Of a stretch of 37,693 nt of DNA, positions 35,354 to 37,693 are shown in pieces. The notes under the pieces were generated by a model. It was not told the DNA's origin. It saw only the letters and a list, made by a program, of their open reading frames with translations, and ran no database searches. Both the position numbers and the translations under genes were made by a program. Positions within the stretch are counted from its first letter, which is position 1. Each line of letters starts with the position of its first letter. The DNA comes from a virus (taxonomy: Duplodnaviria > Caudoviricetes): positions 1 through 37,693 of the IMG/VR virus record IMGVR_UViG_3300043394_000191. One strand, 5' to 3'.

Positions 35354-35534
35354 CTTTTTGTGGCTTCTGCATTATTTTCTGAGTGGTATTTCCACCAATA
35401 TAAACAGCTACTGTGGCGACTATAATATCCCTAAAAATTGCATCGCTAATGGCGCCAAAACAAACTAGAAAAGTACATGATACACCGCAGCCCATGGTCA
35501 TTAAAAATCTTCTGCCGCCGTACTTGTCAATCAA
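35334..35534 (-). CDS. Putative holin
   Basis: 66 aa with two hydrophobic segments (GGRRFL..., VYIGGN). Directly upstream of the endolysin. Confidence 0.7.
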   Translation of the reverse strand: MIDKYGGRRFLMTMGCGVSCTFLVCFGAISDAIFRDIIVATVAVYIGGNTTQKIMQKPQKGDDNDV

Positions 35535-35962
35535 GGATTGCCGCCTTTTCCGCTTATGTACGCAATGGTTGCCATGCCAGCCGCAAATGCTACGTAAATC
35601 AACTTAGGGATAACGCTTATGGCTGTTTTTTTAATTTCTGTATATTGCTCTTTGTTTTCTTTCGCGCCGGTTTCTATGCCTTGCCTGATCAAATAGGCGT
35701 CTTTCAATAAAGTGATCGCGGCAAGTATTTGCTCATTCTTCTGTGAAGACTCTTTGCGAACTTCCTCTATCTTGCCCATGACTTCGCGCTCTGTGATTTT
35801 TAACTGTTCGCACATGTTATCAATCTTGCGCTCGGTGTTTTCCTGATTTTTTTCGCAATGATCGCTTTTTGTCTGAAGAACACTTATGGCAGACGTATTC
35901 GCGGCAACGTCATTTCTCAAAACATCGATAACTTTCCATACGTCATTAACATCACCGCGCAT
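35531..35962 (-). CDS. Coiled-coil protein with C-terminal TM helix (lysis-associated)
   Basis: 143 aa, GGAG RBS. Upstream of the holin. Confidence 0.6.
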   Translation of the reverse strand: MRGDVNDVWKVIDVLRNDVAANTSAISVLQTKSDHCEKNQENTERKIDNMCEQLKITEREVMGKIEEVRKESSQKNEQILAAITLLKDAYLIRQGIETGAKENKEQYTEIKKTAISVIPKLIYVAFAAGMATIAYISGKGGNP

Positions 35963-35981
35963 CTATTTTAATCTCCTATTC

Positions 35982-37348
35982 TTATATCCCAAAACCAAAT
36001 AGATTTTTAAAGTTACCCTTCGCCACTCTATAGGTTTTTGAGTGAGTCCAGCTAGTCCCAGATGGCACAAGAACACCGTTTGTAGTGTCACCATCAAATG
36101 CGCGGGTGTAGAACTTAATTGTTCTATCAGTACGATCCTGAATCAAGCAGTAATCATTGCCTTGGCTGTATGGGTAAACAGTCATTAACTCTTCAAGCGT
36201 TGGCTCAACATTGTAATTGCAAGTAACCATATACTCGTTATTTACAAAGGCTACACCTTCCTGACGCGGCGCAATGAATGTACCGCTGTTGTCATAAGAA
36301 TTTATGACGTAGTTTATATCAGCCGCTACTTTCTCAAACCCACCGCCAGTTAATTCACCCTGCGTAGGGCTTCCTGATTGACTCATGTCGGTATTTGGCA
36401 CATTCATCATGATCGAATATTCATTGTGAATATAGCTGTTTGCAACCGTCTCTTTAGCGGTGGTTACGCTGTACCCGCTTTGGCTTAAAATCAGCGTGTA
36501 ATCAACGTCACAAAAGTTTGTACTATCTACTGCAAACTTGAGTGTTGTGGAAAACGTGATCCCAATCTCACCTGCAACCCATGTATCAAACTGAGCACCG
36601 CCAGCAAAATCAATCACCTCGCCGTCGCCATAAAATACCGGTGTAGGAGTTGTTTCAAAGCCGTGAATACCTCCTACAAATTCCTCATCACCAACAGCTT
36701 CAGTGGTTTTCCTAACACCTATCGCTAGTTCTAAGTTGCCAGTTCCGATAAGCAAATACTGCGTACCATTACCACTGTCATTATTGGGGTCGGTAACAAT
36801 ATTTGGCATATCGAAATCATTGAAGTCATCAACTCCAATTGTTCCAGCAGTAGTCTCATCGTAAGTGATAGCGCCGAAATCGTAATAACGATAACCGGGT
36901 GAAGCTACGTTTGATGCGTTTCTAGTTTTTCCGTTCGTTACGTGAAGATAGTAATCGCCAAGCTCCAAGCCTTGAGCAATAACGACTTCTTTAGCTGTAG
37001 ATCCCGGCGCGTAAGTGTCCTTCGATGAATTTATATAAGTTGATATTTCCACCCCAAGAGAATCGTAAACTTTGAATGTAACAATGCTTCCAGATATAGT
37101 CTCAACATATCGCCATTTAATGCTGGTGCAGTTAAGGCATGAATAAACCACGGTTGTGCCGGGGTTATAACTGCGCGAGTTTGTTTGACCTGCCAGCGAT
37201 GAATCATCAACAACGCCATGAATGCCAACGTCATCAAATTCTATGTCGTCATAACCAAAGATGCGGCCTTGATATACTCGACCGCTTGCAGGGTTGGTTG
37301 CATCCACGGTAGTTCGTATGTAGTAAGTACTTGCAGAGTTTAATCCTT
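35982..37348 (-). CDS. Tail fibre / receptor-binding protein, C-terminal part (continuation of 1525-1)
   Basis: Frame continues through the terminal repeat. The ORF-track start at 37535 is an internal GTG. Confidence 0.85.
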
Positions 37349-37693
37349 TGCATAAAGGAATATGCTGAAGGTTATTTGATCCGCCAAGGAACTGAACAAG
37401 CCTATTTGATGGTGTCAAATAGTTACCCTCTGGAATTTCAGTGGTCAATCCAGCATCGGTGTAGACTTTTACGTTAGCAATACCACCGTTAGATAGAAAA
37501 ATACTTTCCATCGTGTAGCGCTCAGCGCCGGTCACTGTCCACGTTTTTGTATCACCGGTAGTGGTGGAGTAGTTGATATTCGCAACACCGCCGGTTGTTG
37601 TTGGTGATGTCCAAGTGCCAACCTGAACACCATCGGCGTTAGTTTTTGTAACTGTAGGCGATGTCGCTGTGGTTCCTGTGGTCTTGTTCTCTG
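37349..37693. repeat. Terminal direct repeat, right copy
   Basis: Matches 1-345 with 10 substitutions. Confidence 0.97.

Overview
This window is essentially a complete, circularly permuted genome of about 37,348 bp from a P22-like (podoviral) tailed phage. Bases 1-345 recur at 37349-37693. It encodes terminase, portal, scaffold, coat, head-completion, ejection and tail genes, and a tail-fibre gene that crosses the contig junction. It also has a split lysis module, nin genes, a Rha regulator, putative replication genes and a Sak4-like ATPase, with a symmetric pair of divergent sigma70 promoters at 26634-26704. I recognise no integrase, CI repressor or tyrosine recombinase. The main result is two integron-type gene-cassette arrays, one in each early operon: 7 cassettes at 23293-25614 and 3 at about 29577-30402. 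They contain nine complete attC sites and one half site. In all 10 cassettes the flanking core sites are exactly complementary, as expected if each inserted as a circular cassette. Unlike canonical integrons, every gene reads antisense to its attC top strand, and no intI is present. Each array ends in a related palindromic element containing an IHF-consensus site, at the position where attI would be. Product names come from motif recognition and synteny only; no database searches were run.
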